Source: an uncultured virus (IMG/VR IMGVR_UViG_3300002835_000131) (Duplodnaviria; Heunggongvirae; Uroviricota; Caudoviricetes). From it: a stretch of 20,000 bases of DNA. Each line of letters begins with the position of its first letter. Positions within the stretch are counted from its first letter, which is position 1. Both the position numbers and the translations under genes were made by a program. The stretch covers positions 54,177 through 74,176 of IMG/VR virus record IMGVR_UViG_3300002835_000131. One strand, written 5' to 3'. A model generated the notes under the pieces. It did not search any database. It was given only the letters and a program-made list of their open reading frames with translations, and was not told the origin of the DNA. Below are positions 1-8,207 of this stretch, piece by piece.

Positions 1-54
1 TTAAAGTTCATAGTTAGTTCTATTGCTTTTGTTGGTATTTTACTAGTTATATGA
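1..54 (+). CDS. 3' end of an upstream gene with a hydrophobic C-terminus (partial, ...LKFIVSSIAFVGILLVI*)
   Basis: Frame +1 is open from base 1 to TGA at 52-54, overlapping the terminase ATG (ATGA), typical of translational coupling. The visible residues look like a transmembrane segment. Confidence 0.55.
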   Translation, partial: LKFIVSSIAFVGILLVI

Positions 55-1628
55 GTCAAGACTTACGTGAAGTTATAAGACAGGAATATGTAAAGTGTGC
101 GAGTGACCCAAGCCACTTTATGAAAAAATACTGTTATATTCAACATCCTCAAAGAGGAAGAATCATGTTTAATTTATATCCATTTCAAGATAAAGTATTA
201 AATTTATGGAAAGACAATCCATACAGTATAGTACTTAAATCAAGACAATTAGGTATTTCAACACTATCAGCTGGTTATTCTTTATGGTTAATGTTATTCC
301 ATAAAGATAAAAACGTACTTTGTATTGCTACAAAGCAAGAAACTGCTAAAAACATGGTAACTAAGGTAAAATTCATGTATGAAAATTTACCATCATGGTT
401 AAAAGTAACAGCAGACGAAAATAATAAACTTACATTACGATTAAATAACGGATCTCAAATTAAAGCAGTATCAGCTGCTGGTGATGCTGGTAGATCTGAA
501 GCTGTATCTTTACTATTAATTGACGAGGCAGCATTTATTGAAGGTATTGATACAATTTGGGCTTCTGCTCAACAAACCTTAGCTACGGGTGGTGGTGCTA
601 TTGTATTATCTACTCCTTATGGTACAGGTAATTGGTTTCATCAAACATGGGTTAAAGCTGAAGCCCAACAAAACGATTTCTTACCTATTAAATTACCTTG
701 GTTTGTCCATCCTGAAAGAAATGAAGCATGGAGAAAAAAACAAGACGAATTATTAGGTGATCCTAGATTAGCATCTCAAGAGTGTGATTGTGATTTTAGT
801 ACTTCAGGTGATACAGTATTCTATTCAGAATGGATTGAATTTATATCTCAAACCACAATAAAAGAACCGCTAGAACGCCGCGGAGTTGACCGTAACTTAT
901 GGATATGGGAACCGGCGGACTATACTCAATCATATATGGTTATAGCCGATGTAGCACGGGGTGATGGCAAGGATTTTTCCGCAGCCCATGTTATACATGT
1001 TGAATCTAATACACAGGTAGCAGAATATAAAGGTCAATTACCACCTAAAGAATTTGGATTTTTCTTAGTTGGTTTAGCTACAGAATATAACCAAGCTTTA
1101 TTAGTAGTAGAAAATGCTAATATTGGTTGGTCAGCATTAGATGCAATTCAAGAACGTGGATATAAGAATTTATATTATTCACCTAAAAGTGATGCTAGTA
1201 ATAATGCTGATGCTTATTTTGACCAATATATGGATAATTCAAAATTAGTACCTGGTTTTACAACATCACTGAAAACTCGTCCTTTAATAGTTAATAAATT
1301 TAGAGAGTATATAGGTGATAAAAGTGTTGTTATTCAATCTAAACGTTTACTAGAAGAAATGAAAGTATTCATTTGGAAAAATGGTCGTCCTGAAGCACAA
1401 TCAGGATACAATGATGACTTAATTATGAGTTTTGCAATTGGAATGTATTTAAGAGATACATCATTAAGATTTAAATCACAAAACCTAGAAATGTCTAGAG
1501 CAACATTAAGTAATATGTCTGTTAACAGAACAGGATTTACAGGAGCGTATGGTTCTAGTGTTCCTAACCCATATAGTATAGAAAATGGTATGGGCGGAAA
1601 TGAAGACATTAGTTGGTTAATACGATAA
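51..1628 (+). CDS. terL: Terminase large subunit (T4 gp17-like ATPase plus RNase H-fold nuclease)
   Basis: Adenine-binding LYPFQ, Walker A-like KSRQLGIST, Walker B LLLIDEAAFI, coupling motif STPYG, nuclease motifs ADVARGDGKDFS, VENANIG and NDDLIMS. Lies directly upstream of the portal gene. Confidence 0.96.
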   Translation: MSQDLREVIRQEYVKCASDPSHFMKKYCYIQHPQRGRIMFNLYPFQDKVLNLWKDNPYSIVLKSRQLGISTLSAGYSLWLMLFHKDKNVLCIATKQETAKNMVTKVKFMYENLPSWLKVTADENNKLTLRLNNGSQIKAVSAAGDAGRSEAVSLLLIDEAAFIEGIDTIWASAQQTLATGGGAIVLSTPYGTGNWFHQTWVKAEAQQNDFLPIKLPWFVHPERNEAWRKKQDELLGDPRLASQECDCDFSTSGDTVFYSEWIEFISQTTIKEPLERRGVDRNLWIWEPADYTQSYMVIADVARGDGKDFSAAHVIHVESNTQVAEYKGQLPPKEFGFFLVGLATEYNQALLVVENANIGWSALDAIQERGYKNLYYSPKSDASNNADAYFDQYMDNSKLVPGFTTSLKTRPLIVNKFREYIGDKSVVIQSKRLLEEMKVFIWKNGRPEAQSGYNDDLIMSFAIGMYLRDTSLRFKSQNLEMSRATLSNMSVNRTGFTGAYGSSVPNPYSIENGMGGNEDISWLIR

Positions 1629-1638
1629 TATTTATAAT
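1628..1638 (+). promoter_or_regulatory. Putative late promoter motif ATATTTATAAT upstream of portal
   Basis: Identical 11-mer in three intergenic regions (1628, 3544, 11924), each starting 19-28 nt before an ATG. Confidence 0.6.
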
Positions 1639-1655
1639 TAATAACATATAATAAA

Positions 1656-3533
1656 ATGGCAGACAAAGGCTTATTTTCACGATTACAACGACTGTTCTCT
1701 ACTGATGTAGTGATGAGAAATCAGGGTGGTGATCAATTAAAAGTAATGGACGTTAACACCATACAACAAACAGGTGATATCGCTACTAACTCATTAATGG
1801 ATAGATATAATAGAATCTATTCAACTAATGCATCTTCACTTTATGGAGCTCAATTAAATTTAAATTATCAATACTTACGTACCCAATTATATTCAGACTA
1901 TGATATCATGGATCAGGATGCAATTGTTGGTTCTGCACTTGATATTGTAGCTGATGAGTCTACATTAAAAGATGATATGGGTGAAGTATTATCTATTCGT
2001 TCATCAGATGAAAACATTCAAAGAATTTTATATAACTTATTTTATGATGTATTAAATATCGAATTTAATTTATGGTCTTGGATTCGTCAAATGTGTAAAT
2101 ATGGTGATTTTTTCTTAAGATTAGAAATTGCTGAAAAATTTGGTGTATATAATGTTATTCCATACACAGCGTATCATATTGAAAGACAAGAAAATTATGA
2201 TAAAGACAAACCAGCGTCTGTTCGTTTCCAATTTAAACCTGAAGGATTTTTATCAGGTGATGGTTATTACAATACACCTAATTTAGGCCGTCAAAACGAA
2301 CCAGGTATTTTCTTTGAAAACTATGAGGTTGCTCACTTTAGATTAATTACAGATGTTAATTATTTACCATATGGTAGATCTTATCTAGAACCAGCTCGTC
2401 GTTTATATAAACAATACGCGTTAATGGAAGATGCAATGTTAATCCATCGTGTAGTTCGTTCACCAGAAAAACGTACTTTCTTTATTAATGTTGGTTCTAT
2501 CCCGCCTAATGAAGTTGAAGCATTTATGCAGAAAACTATTAGTTCAATGAAACGTACTCCATTAATGGATCAAAAGACAGGTGAATATAACGTAAAATAT
2601 AACATGCAAAACTTACTAGAAGATTTTTATATTCCAGTAAGAGGTAATGACCAAGCAACACGTATTGAAAATACTAAAGGTTTAGATTACGATGGTATTC
2701 AAGACGTTGCATATTTAAGAGATAAATTATTTGCAGCATTAAAGGTACCTAAAGCATTTTTAGGTTATGATAAAGATTTACAAGGTAAAGCAACATTAGC
2801 AGCGGAAGATATTCGTTTTGCTCGTACAATTGATCGTATTCAACGTATTACATTGTCTGAATTATATAAAATCGCATTAGTACATTTATATGTTCAAGGT
2901 TATACTAATGATGAATTAACTAACTTCGAGTTATCGTTAACCACACCGTCTATTATATATGATCAAGAACGTATTATGTTAATGAAGGAAAAAGTTGATT
3001 TAGCTAAAAACATCATTGAAACTAAATTAATGCCTACTGATTGGGTTTATGACAATGTATTCAGATTCTCTGAAGATTCATATGATGAATATAGAGATAT
3101 GATGATTGAAGATGCAAAACGTGAATTTAGAATCGCACAAATTAAAGAAGAAGGTAATGATCCAGTAGAAACAGGTAAATCTTATGGTACACCACATGAT
3201 TTAGCCAGTTTATATAGTAAAAACGGCAGACCAGAAGGTGAATTACCACCAGGATATAATAATGATACACAATTAGGTCGTCCAAAAGAAAAAGTATCTA
3301 ATATTAACACACAAGATAGCGCGTTAGGTCGTGATAGATTAGGTGTTAAAGATATGAAATCAGATGACCAACCAGGATATGGTAAATCAACAACCAAACC
3401 GTTTGCTTTAGAAAATGCTAAGTCAGCTTTCGCAAGAAATAAACGTTTGTTTGAACAAGTTGACAAAAAATTATGTCTTAGTCAAGAAAAACCAGGAGAT
3501 TCGCTATTAGATGAATCCCAAATTAGAGAATAA
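1656..3533 (+). CDS. gp20: Portal protein (T4 gp20-like)
   Basis: Motifs resembling T4-type portals: LMEDAMLIHRVVRSPEKRTFFINVGSIP, EDFYIPVRG, YLRDKLFAALKVPKAFL, EDIRFARTIDRIQ. Follows terminase. Confidence 0.94.
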   Translation: MADKGLFSRLQRLFSTDVVMRNQGGDQLKVMDVNTIQQTGDIATNSLMDRYNRIYSTNASSLYGAQLNLNYQYLRTQLYSDYDIMDQDAIVGSALDIVADESTLKDDMGEVLSIRSSDENIQRILYNLFYDVLNIEFNLWSWIRQMCKYGDFFLRLEIAEKFGVYNVIPYTAYHIERQENYDKDKPASVRFQFKPEGFLSGDGYYNTPNLGRQNEPGIFFENYEVAHFRLITDVNYLPYGRSYLEPARRLYKQYALMEDAMLIHRVVRSPEKRTFFINVGSIPPNEVEAFMQKTISSMKRTPLMDQKTGEYNVKYNMQNLLEDFYIPVRGNDQATRIENTKGLDYDGIQDVAYLRDKLFAALKVPKAFLGYDKDLQGKATLAAEDIRFARTIDRIQRITLSELYKIALVHLYVQGYTNDELTNFELSLTTPSIIYDQERIMLMKEKVDLAKNIIETKLMPTDWVYDNVFRFSEDSYDEYRDMMIEDAKREFRIAQIKEEGNDPVETGKSYGTPHDLASLYSKNGRPEGELPPGYNNDTQLGRPKEKVSNINTQDSALGRDRLGVKDMKSDDQPGYGKSTTKPFALENAKSAFARNKRLFEQVDKKLCLSQEKPGDSLLDESQIRE

Positions 3534-3543
3534 TAATCCTTAT

Positions 3544-3554
3544 ATATTTATAAT
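3544..3554 (+). promoter_or_regulatory. Putative late promoter motif ATATTTATAAT
   Basis: Second exact copy of the intergenic 11-mer, starting 25 nt before ATG 3569. Confidence 0.6.
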
Positions 3555-3568
3555 AAAACACTTTAGGA

Positions 3569-4423
3569 ATGATTGTTAAACATTCAAAATACAAGAATAC
3601 TGGCATTTTATTTGAACTTTTAGTTAGACAAATTACGTCTGATACATTGTCAGGCGTAGACTCAAAAGCAGCAACTATTCTAAAAAAACACTTTGTAAAA
3701 ACAGAGTTAGGAAAAGAGTATAAGTTATATGAAACGTTGTTAAACAACATTAAATTAAGTGAAGGCAAAGCCGATATTATTATCAGTACTTTATTAGAAA
3801 GTGCTAAATATTTAAACAAATCAGCATTACGTCGTCAAAAATATAATTTAATTAAAGAAATTAAAGCAAATTATGACGTTGATGAATTTTTTAAAACCAA
3901 ACTTCCTAACTACAAAACACAAGCAGCGTTTTATACATTATTAGAAATGTATGATGGTATTAATCAACCAGAAGCTAACCAAGTAATCTCAAATAAATTA
4001 ATTCTATTAGAACATTTAACTTCAGCACCACTTACAACAGTTGCTAAAGATACACTAATGGAAGAATTTAAGTCATACGATAAAGATATTCGTATGTTAA
4101 CTTATAGAGCGTTATTAGAAAAATTTAATTCTAAGTATGCTAATTTAAATGAAGGACAAAAATCAGTATTAAAAGAATTTATCAACAGTGTTGATAATCC
4201 ATCTAAATTAAAAGATTTTTACAATACTAAAGTAACAGAAATTAAATCTAATTTAACTAAATTAAATAAAAAAGTTAAAGATAAGACAACTCAAATTAAA
4301 ATTAATGAGGTGTCTAATATTTTAGTTACATTAGATAAAAATGATAAAATTAGTAATGATGATATGACTAATTTACTTCATTATTATGAATTACTAGAAG
4401 AATTACATAAGGTAAATGGATAA
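3569..4423 (+). CDS. Hypothetical alpha-helical head-module protein (284 aa)
   Basis: Long ORF with genome-typical codon use, lying between portal and protease behind the promoter-like motif. Leu/Lys/Glu-rich. No motif I can assign. Confidence 0.85.
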   Translation: MIVKHSKYKNTGILFELLVRQITSDTLSGVDSKAATILKKHFVKTELGKEYKLYETLLNNIKLSEGKADIIISTLLESAKYLNKSALRRQKYNLIKEIKANYDVDEFFKTKLPNYKTQAAFYTLLEMYDGINQPEANQVISNKLILLEHLTSAPLTTVAKDTLMEEFKSYDKDIRMLTYRALLEKFNSKYANLNEGQKSVLKEFINSVDNPSKLKDFYNTKVTEIKSNLTKLNKKVKDKTTQIKINEVSNILVTLDKNDKISNDDMTNLLHYYELLEELHKVNG

Positions 4424-5252
4424 GTTAAAAAGTATCATTAAACAAACATTAAAAGAAGTTAGTATTCATAAAGGTATTGACGGACAATTTGATACAGCTC
4501 TTCAGTGGATTTGGCTTTTTGGTGGTAAAGAATTATTAAAAAATAAACTAGAAATCTATAGCCCATCTAATGAATTTAGAACATTTAAAAAAGCTATGGA
4601 GACTGGTAAAATTACTATCCAAGACTTAGATAAAGCTACACAAGGAGAGCATGGACAAGCAGATAATATAGCTTTTTCACAAACCGCAGTTTGGAAACAA
4701 GATTTAAAACCATATTTAGATAATTATAACCAAGAAAAATTTAACAATTTAAATATTGATTTAGAAGAAGAGTCAGGTACAGGAGGTGGAGCATCAGCAG
4801 GGGCATTTAGTCCAGGTGAAGGACCACAAACAGCTACAAAAGCAGGTACAGATGCAGCTTATAAAAAAAATACTAATTCTAAAGGCACAACAAATAACTA
4901 TTACTATAAACTAGGTTACAAACCTGTTAATCAAAAAAAACTGAATCAACAGGCGAAAGGAATCGAAGTTAAACAAATGTGGAAAGAGAATGTAAACGAA
5001 GCACAATTAGATGTAGATGCTTATATTGATTCTTTAAACATAGATACACCAGAATTAAAAATATTTATCAAATCTAGATTAGAAGGATTTGATACATTAG
5101 AACAAAAATTAAACGAATTATTACCATTATTACAAAACGCAAAAGAAAAAACATTAAATTATTATAAAGATAAACCTAGTTTTAATGTGTTATATGGTAC
5201 TGATTTAGCAAACGATTATTTAAACGATTTAATAAACTTATTTAAAGACTAA
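4416..5252 (+). CDS. Hypothetical head-associated protein, possible internal/core protein (278 aa)
   Basis: Overlaps the upstream stop by 8 nt. Modular, with a Gly-rich linker (EEESGTGGGASAGAFSPGEG) and several L/V-x-E motifs. Confidence 0.8.
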   Translation: MDKLKSIIKQTLKEVSIHKGIDGQFDTALQWIWLFGGKELLKNKLEIYSPSNEFRTFKKAMETGKITIQDLDKATQGEHGQADNIAFSQTAVWKQDLKPYLDNYNQEKFNNLNIDLEEESGTGGGASAGAFSPGEGPQTATKAGTDAAYKKNTNSKGTTNNYYYKLGYKPVNQKKLNQQAKGIEVKQMWKENVNEAQLDVDAYIDSLNIDTPELKIFIKSRLEGFDTLEQKLNELLPLLQNAKEKTLNYYKDKPSFNVLYGTDLANDYLNDLINLFKD

Positions 5253-5253
5253 T

Positions 5254-5478
5254 ATGGCAAATATACCTGTTAATACAACCGGAATAGTAACTACAACATC
5301 AATCACTGGTTCATACGCTGGCTTTACAGTAGTATCAGGATCAGCTACATTCACTGGTATAAAAGATTTTAATGGATCTCCATTAACAACTCCTTGGGTT
5401 GTACCCGCTGGATTCACTGTTCCTATTTATGTAACTAGTGCTTCTTTATCATCAGGAGCAGTATTATTTTACAATTAA
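5254..5478 (+). CDS. Small Ser/Thr/Gly/Val-rich protein, possible capsid decoration protein (74 aa)
   Basis: Tightly packed in the operon. Beta-strand-like composition, almost uncharged, with TGS, SGS and SAS motifs. The function is an inference. Confidence 0.75.
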   Translation: MANIPVNTTGIVTTTSITGSYAGFTVVSGSATFTGIKDFNGSPLTTPWVVPAGFTVPIYVTSASLSSGAVLFYN

Positions 5479-5491
5479 TAACTCATTATAA

Positions 5492-6829
5492 ATGAAAACA
5501 TTACAAGAACAATACATCCTTATTAAAGAAGGAAAAGGAAACAAAGATCATTTCTTAAAACAAGCAAGAATTTTATTTCCAAATTATATTAATCAATATT
5601 CTGATTATAATACAACTATAAGTGTACTTAAATCAAAAAGTATTTTAAGTGAAGGTATTGGTGGTGTAATTAGTCACAAACCATCATCATCTTGGTTAGA
5701 AATTTTTAGAGAAAATACAAGTAATGAGGCAGTAGATATGACTTCAGCTTCTGATGGTCCCTTTGGGCAGGCTGTAGGTATGATAAAGCGTAATGGAGGT
5801 GCTAAATTATTAAATGATAAAAACATCACTAGAGCTATTGATTTATTTAATGCTCTTAAATCAGGAGAACTTAAAAAAGAAGATCTTGATATGATTATAA
5901 TGGCTGATGGAAAGAAATTCACTGAAACTGAAATATTTACACAAGATATAAAACCTCTTTTAAATACAAATGAAGGTGATGTATTAGGTACTTCACATAG
6001 TGATTTATCATTTGGCTCTAAAGTTAAAGTTGGTGATAAAGCTATGATTGGTGATGATAAAGTAGAAATTACTTTAGTAGATAAAGTAGATGGCAAAATT
6101 AAACAAATTAAAGGCAAGACAGAAGATGGTAGAGAGTTATTTGTAACTAAACCAATGTTGTTAAGACCAGTTAAAGAAGAAACATTATCAGAAGTCATTG
6201 GTGTTCCAAATAGAAAACTATATGGTGATTATGATGAGTTTAAAAAACCATCTAAACAAGTTAAAAAAGATTTAGCTGATCAATATAATACTGAAGATAA
6301 GAAAAATATTGATAATGTTTATGGTACATCTTTCTTAAATGGCTACTATGCTGAAATGAAAGATCCTAAAAACAAAACTAAAACAGTTGATGAGTTAAAA
6401 CAAATTGTACTTAAAAACATGGTTAAAGACATAAACTATTATGCTAAAAATGCTATGTTTGGAACTAAAGGAGTAGGATTTAAAACTGAAAAATTAACAA
6501 TTGCACCTAAAGGTAAATATAAGTCAAGCGGATATGGTGATTTACCTAAAGCTAAAACTATTAAAGAAGGTATTCATGACCGAGATATATTATCAAGACC
6601 TTCTTCAAACCCAGATGTAACACCATTAAAGCGATCACCTGAAGAGTTAGGTAAAGAGGCAGATAATAGATCTGAAAACATGTTGTTAATGAAATACCAA
6701 AAGCAAATTAATGATCGTAATATAACAGATGATGAATTAAGAGATATATTAAGTGGTCAAGGTGTTAAGGGATTTGGAGGAAGAAAAAATGCAATTGAAA
6801 AAATTATAAGTAATAGAAATACAAATTAA
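5492..6829 (+). CDS. Hypothetical Lys-rich multi-module head protein (445 aa)
   Basis: Long ORF immediately upstream of the prohead protease. Contains LQE, IKE, LSE, LSE and IKE motifs and an SH3/KOW-like stretch (KVKVGDKAMIGDDKVEITLVD). Confidence 0.82.
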   Translation: MKTLQEQYILIKEGKGNKDHFLKQARILFPNYINQYSDYNTTISVLKSKSILSEGIGGVISHKPSSSWLEIFRENTSNEAVDMTSASDGPFGQAVGMIKRNGGAKLLNDKNITRAIDLFNALKSGELKKEDLDMIIMADGKKFTETEIFTQDIKPLLNTNEGDVLGTSHSDLSFGSKVKVGDKAMIGDDKVEITLVDKVDGKIKQIKGKTEDGRELFVTKPMLLRPVKEETLSEVIGVPNRKLYGDYDEFKKPSKQVKKDLADQYNTEDKKNIDNVYGTSFLNGYYAEMKDPKNKTKTVDELKQIVLKNMVKDINYYAKNAMFGTKGVGFKTEKLTIAPKGKYKSSGYGDLPKAKTIKEGIHDRDILSRPSSNPDVTPLKRSPEELGKEADNRSENMLLMKYQKQINDRNITDDELRDILSGQGVKGFGGRKNAIEKIISNRNTN

Positions 6830-6835
6830 CGTAAT

Positions 6836-7441
6836 ATGAGACAAGTATTAATTGAAACACAATTATTTTCTCCTAAAGCTGTTAGGTTAACTGAAGGAAC
6901 TAATCCTGGAGGTAACATATTAGTAGAAGGTGTGTTAGCTACTGTCGAAGTAAAAAACGGTAATGGTAGATATTACGCTAAAGAATTATGGGAACGTGAA
7001 ATGGATCGCTACATGGAATCAGTTCGAGAAAACAGAGCATTAGGTGAATTAGACCACCCAGATTCTTCAATTATTAACTTAAAAAATGTTTCACATAATA
7101 TTAAAAAATGCTGGTGGAATGGAGATAATGTAATGGGTTTAATTGAAATTTTACCTACTCCATCTGGTAACATCTTAAAAGCATTAATTGAAAGTGGTAT
7201 TACAGTAGGTGTATCATCAAGAGGAATGGGTTCGTTAGAACAAAAAGGTAATGTAATGGAAGTACAAGATGACTTTGAATTACTATGTTGGGATTTTGTT
7301 TCAACACCTTCTAATCCTGGTTCATGGATGCAACCAACCAACTTAAACGAATCATATACTCCAGGTACAAATCAATACGGTAAAATTAATTCAATTATTA
7401 CTGATATTCTATGTGCTAATGGATCATGTCCGTTATTCTAA
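6836..7441 (+). CDS. gp21: Prohead core protease (T4 gp21-like)
   Basis: Motifs KNGNGRYY, GELDHP (catalytic His), GVSSRGMGS (catalytic Ser) and WDFVSTPS. Confidence 0.95.
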   Translation: MRQVLIETQLFSPKAVRLTEGTNPGGNILVEGVLATVEVKNGNGRYYAKELWEREMDRYMESVRENRALGELDHPDSSIINLKNVSHNIKKCWWNGDNVMGLIEILPTPSGNILKALIESGITVGVSSRGMGSLEQKGNVMEVQDDFELLCWDFVSTPSNPGSWMQPTNLNESYTPGTNQYGKINSIITDILCANGSCPLF

Positions 7442-7442
7442 C

Positions 7443-8036
7443 ATGAAAAATTTATTTCTAGTAATATTAGTTTGCCTATCAACAGTAGTTTTTGGACAAA
7501 CTAAATTAAGAGATAGTGTTAACTATCAAACTCCTAACTTTCGTATTGTATATTCTGAAATTTTAGAACAACCTAAATGGGTTACTTATACTGTTAAATG
7601 TCCTACAGGTACCGCTTCTAGAGCAGGTATGGAATTCTACACAGACAAAAACATTAAAACATCTGATAACGAAGATTATGTTAATAATGAGTGGGACAAA
7701 GGACATATTGCTCCTGCTGCTTCATTTAACTGTACTAAAGAAATGTTATACTCAACATTTACCTATATTAATTCAGCAATGCAACAACAATCACTTAATC
7801 GTGGTCCTTGGAAAGCATTAGAAATATGGGAACGTGAACAAGCAAAAACAACTACTGTATCAGTATATGTTAGATTAGATTACGATAAAGTACCTAAACG
7901 TGTACCTACAAACGCGGCAATACCTAAAGGATTCTATAAAGAATTAAAAGTAGGTAACACTAAGTATTGTTATTATTTTCTTAACATTGCCCCTACATCA
8001 AAAGACTTAAACACGTTTAAGTGTAATTGTAAATAA
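7443..8036 (+). CDS. Exported DNA/RNA non-specific endonuclease (Serratia NucA/EndoG-type beta-beta-alpha-metal) with signal peptide
   Basis: WDKGHIAPA matches the DRGH active-site motif; YINSAMQQQSLNRGPWKALE matches the metal-binding Asn helix. The start at 7443, one base after the protease stop, gives MKNLFLVILVCLSTVVFG|Q, a Sec-type signal peptide. Confidence 0.88.
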   Translation: MKNLFLVILVCLSTVVFGQTKLRDSVNYQTPNFRIVYSEILEQPKWVTYTVKCPTGTASRAGMEFYTDKNIKTSDNEDYVNNEWDKGHIAPAASFNCTKEMLYSTFTYINSAMQQQSLNRGPWKALEIWEREQAKTTTVSVYVRLDYDKVPKRVPTNAAIPKGFYKELKVGNTKYCYYFLNIAPTSKDLNTFKCNCK

Positions 8037-8041
8037 AACAT

Positions 8042-8070
8042 GGCTCTTCCAAAAGAAGAGCTTTCTCTTT
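8042..8070 (+). terminator. Intrinsic terminator after the nuclease gene
   Basis: Stem GCTCTTC (8043-8049), loop CAAAA, stem GAAGAGC (8055-8061), followed by TTTCTCTTT. Confidence 0.7.
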
Positions 8071-8100
8071 ACACTTCTGTGTGTTTTAGATAATCTGGAC

Positions 8101-8207
8101 ATATGTATATTAGAATATACTGCCCGCAATCGCATTTGCAGTATCTATAAATAACAATTCTATTACACTTTAAATAAGTGTATTTCCCAAACAAAATTTT
8201 AGGACAA
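8101..8207 (+). promoter_or_regulatory. Promoter-like motif ATATGTATA plus structured leader of the scaffold-capsid operon
   Basis: ATATGTATA at 8101-8109; hairpin ATACTGC (8117-8123)/GCAGTAT (8138-8144); TATAAATA at 8146-8153; hairpin TACACTT (8164-8170)/AAGTGTA (8176-8182). Confidence 0.5.

Noticed and set aside
234..263. Terminase Walker A lacking the usual GK lysine (KSRQLGIST)
   Set aside because: KxRQxGxS/T variants are common in large terminases, so this is not evidence of inactivation or novelty.
51..3533. Intein or intron in terminase or portal
   Set aside because: Both ORFs are continuous, of ordinary length, and show no splicing or homing-endonuclease motifs.
4860..4940. Poly-A runs as programmed frameshift sites
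   Set aside because: They are expected from Lys codons in an AT-rich genome, and I saw no stimulatory structure or useful alternative frame.
7413..7442. ORF-track start for the nuclease at 7413
   Set aside because: It overlaps the protease gene and masks the signal peptide. ATG 7443 gives a canonical MK-hydrophobic N-terminus.
8178..8207. ORF-track GTG start for the scaffold
   Set aside because: It lies within a hairpin arm. ATG 8208 has an A-rich context like the other genes.
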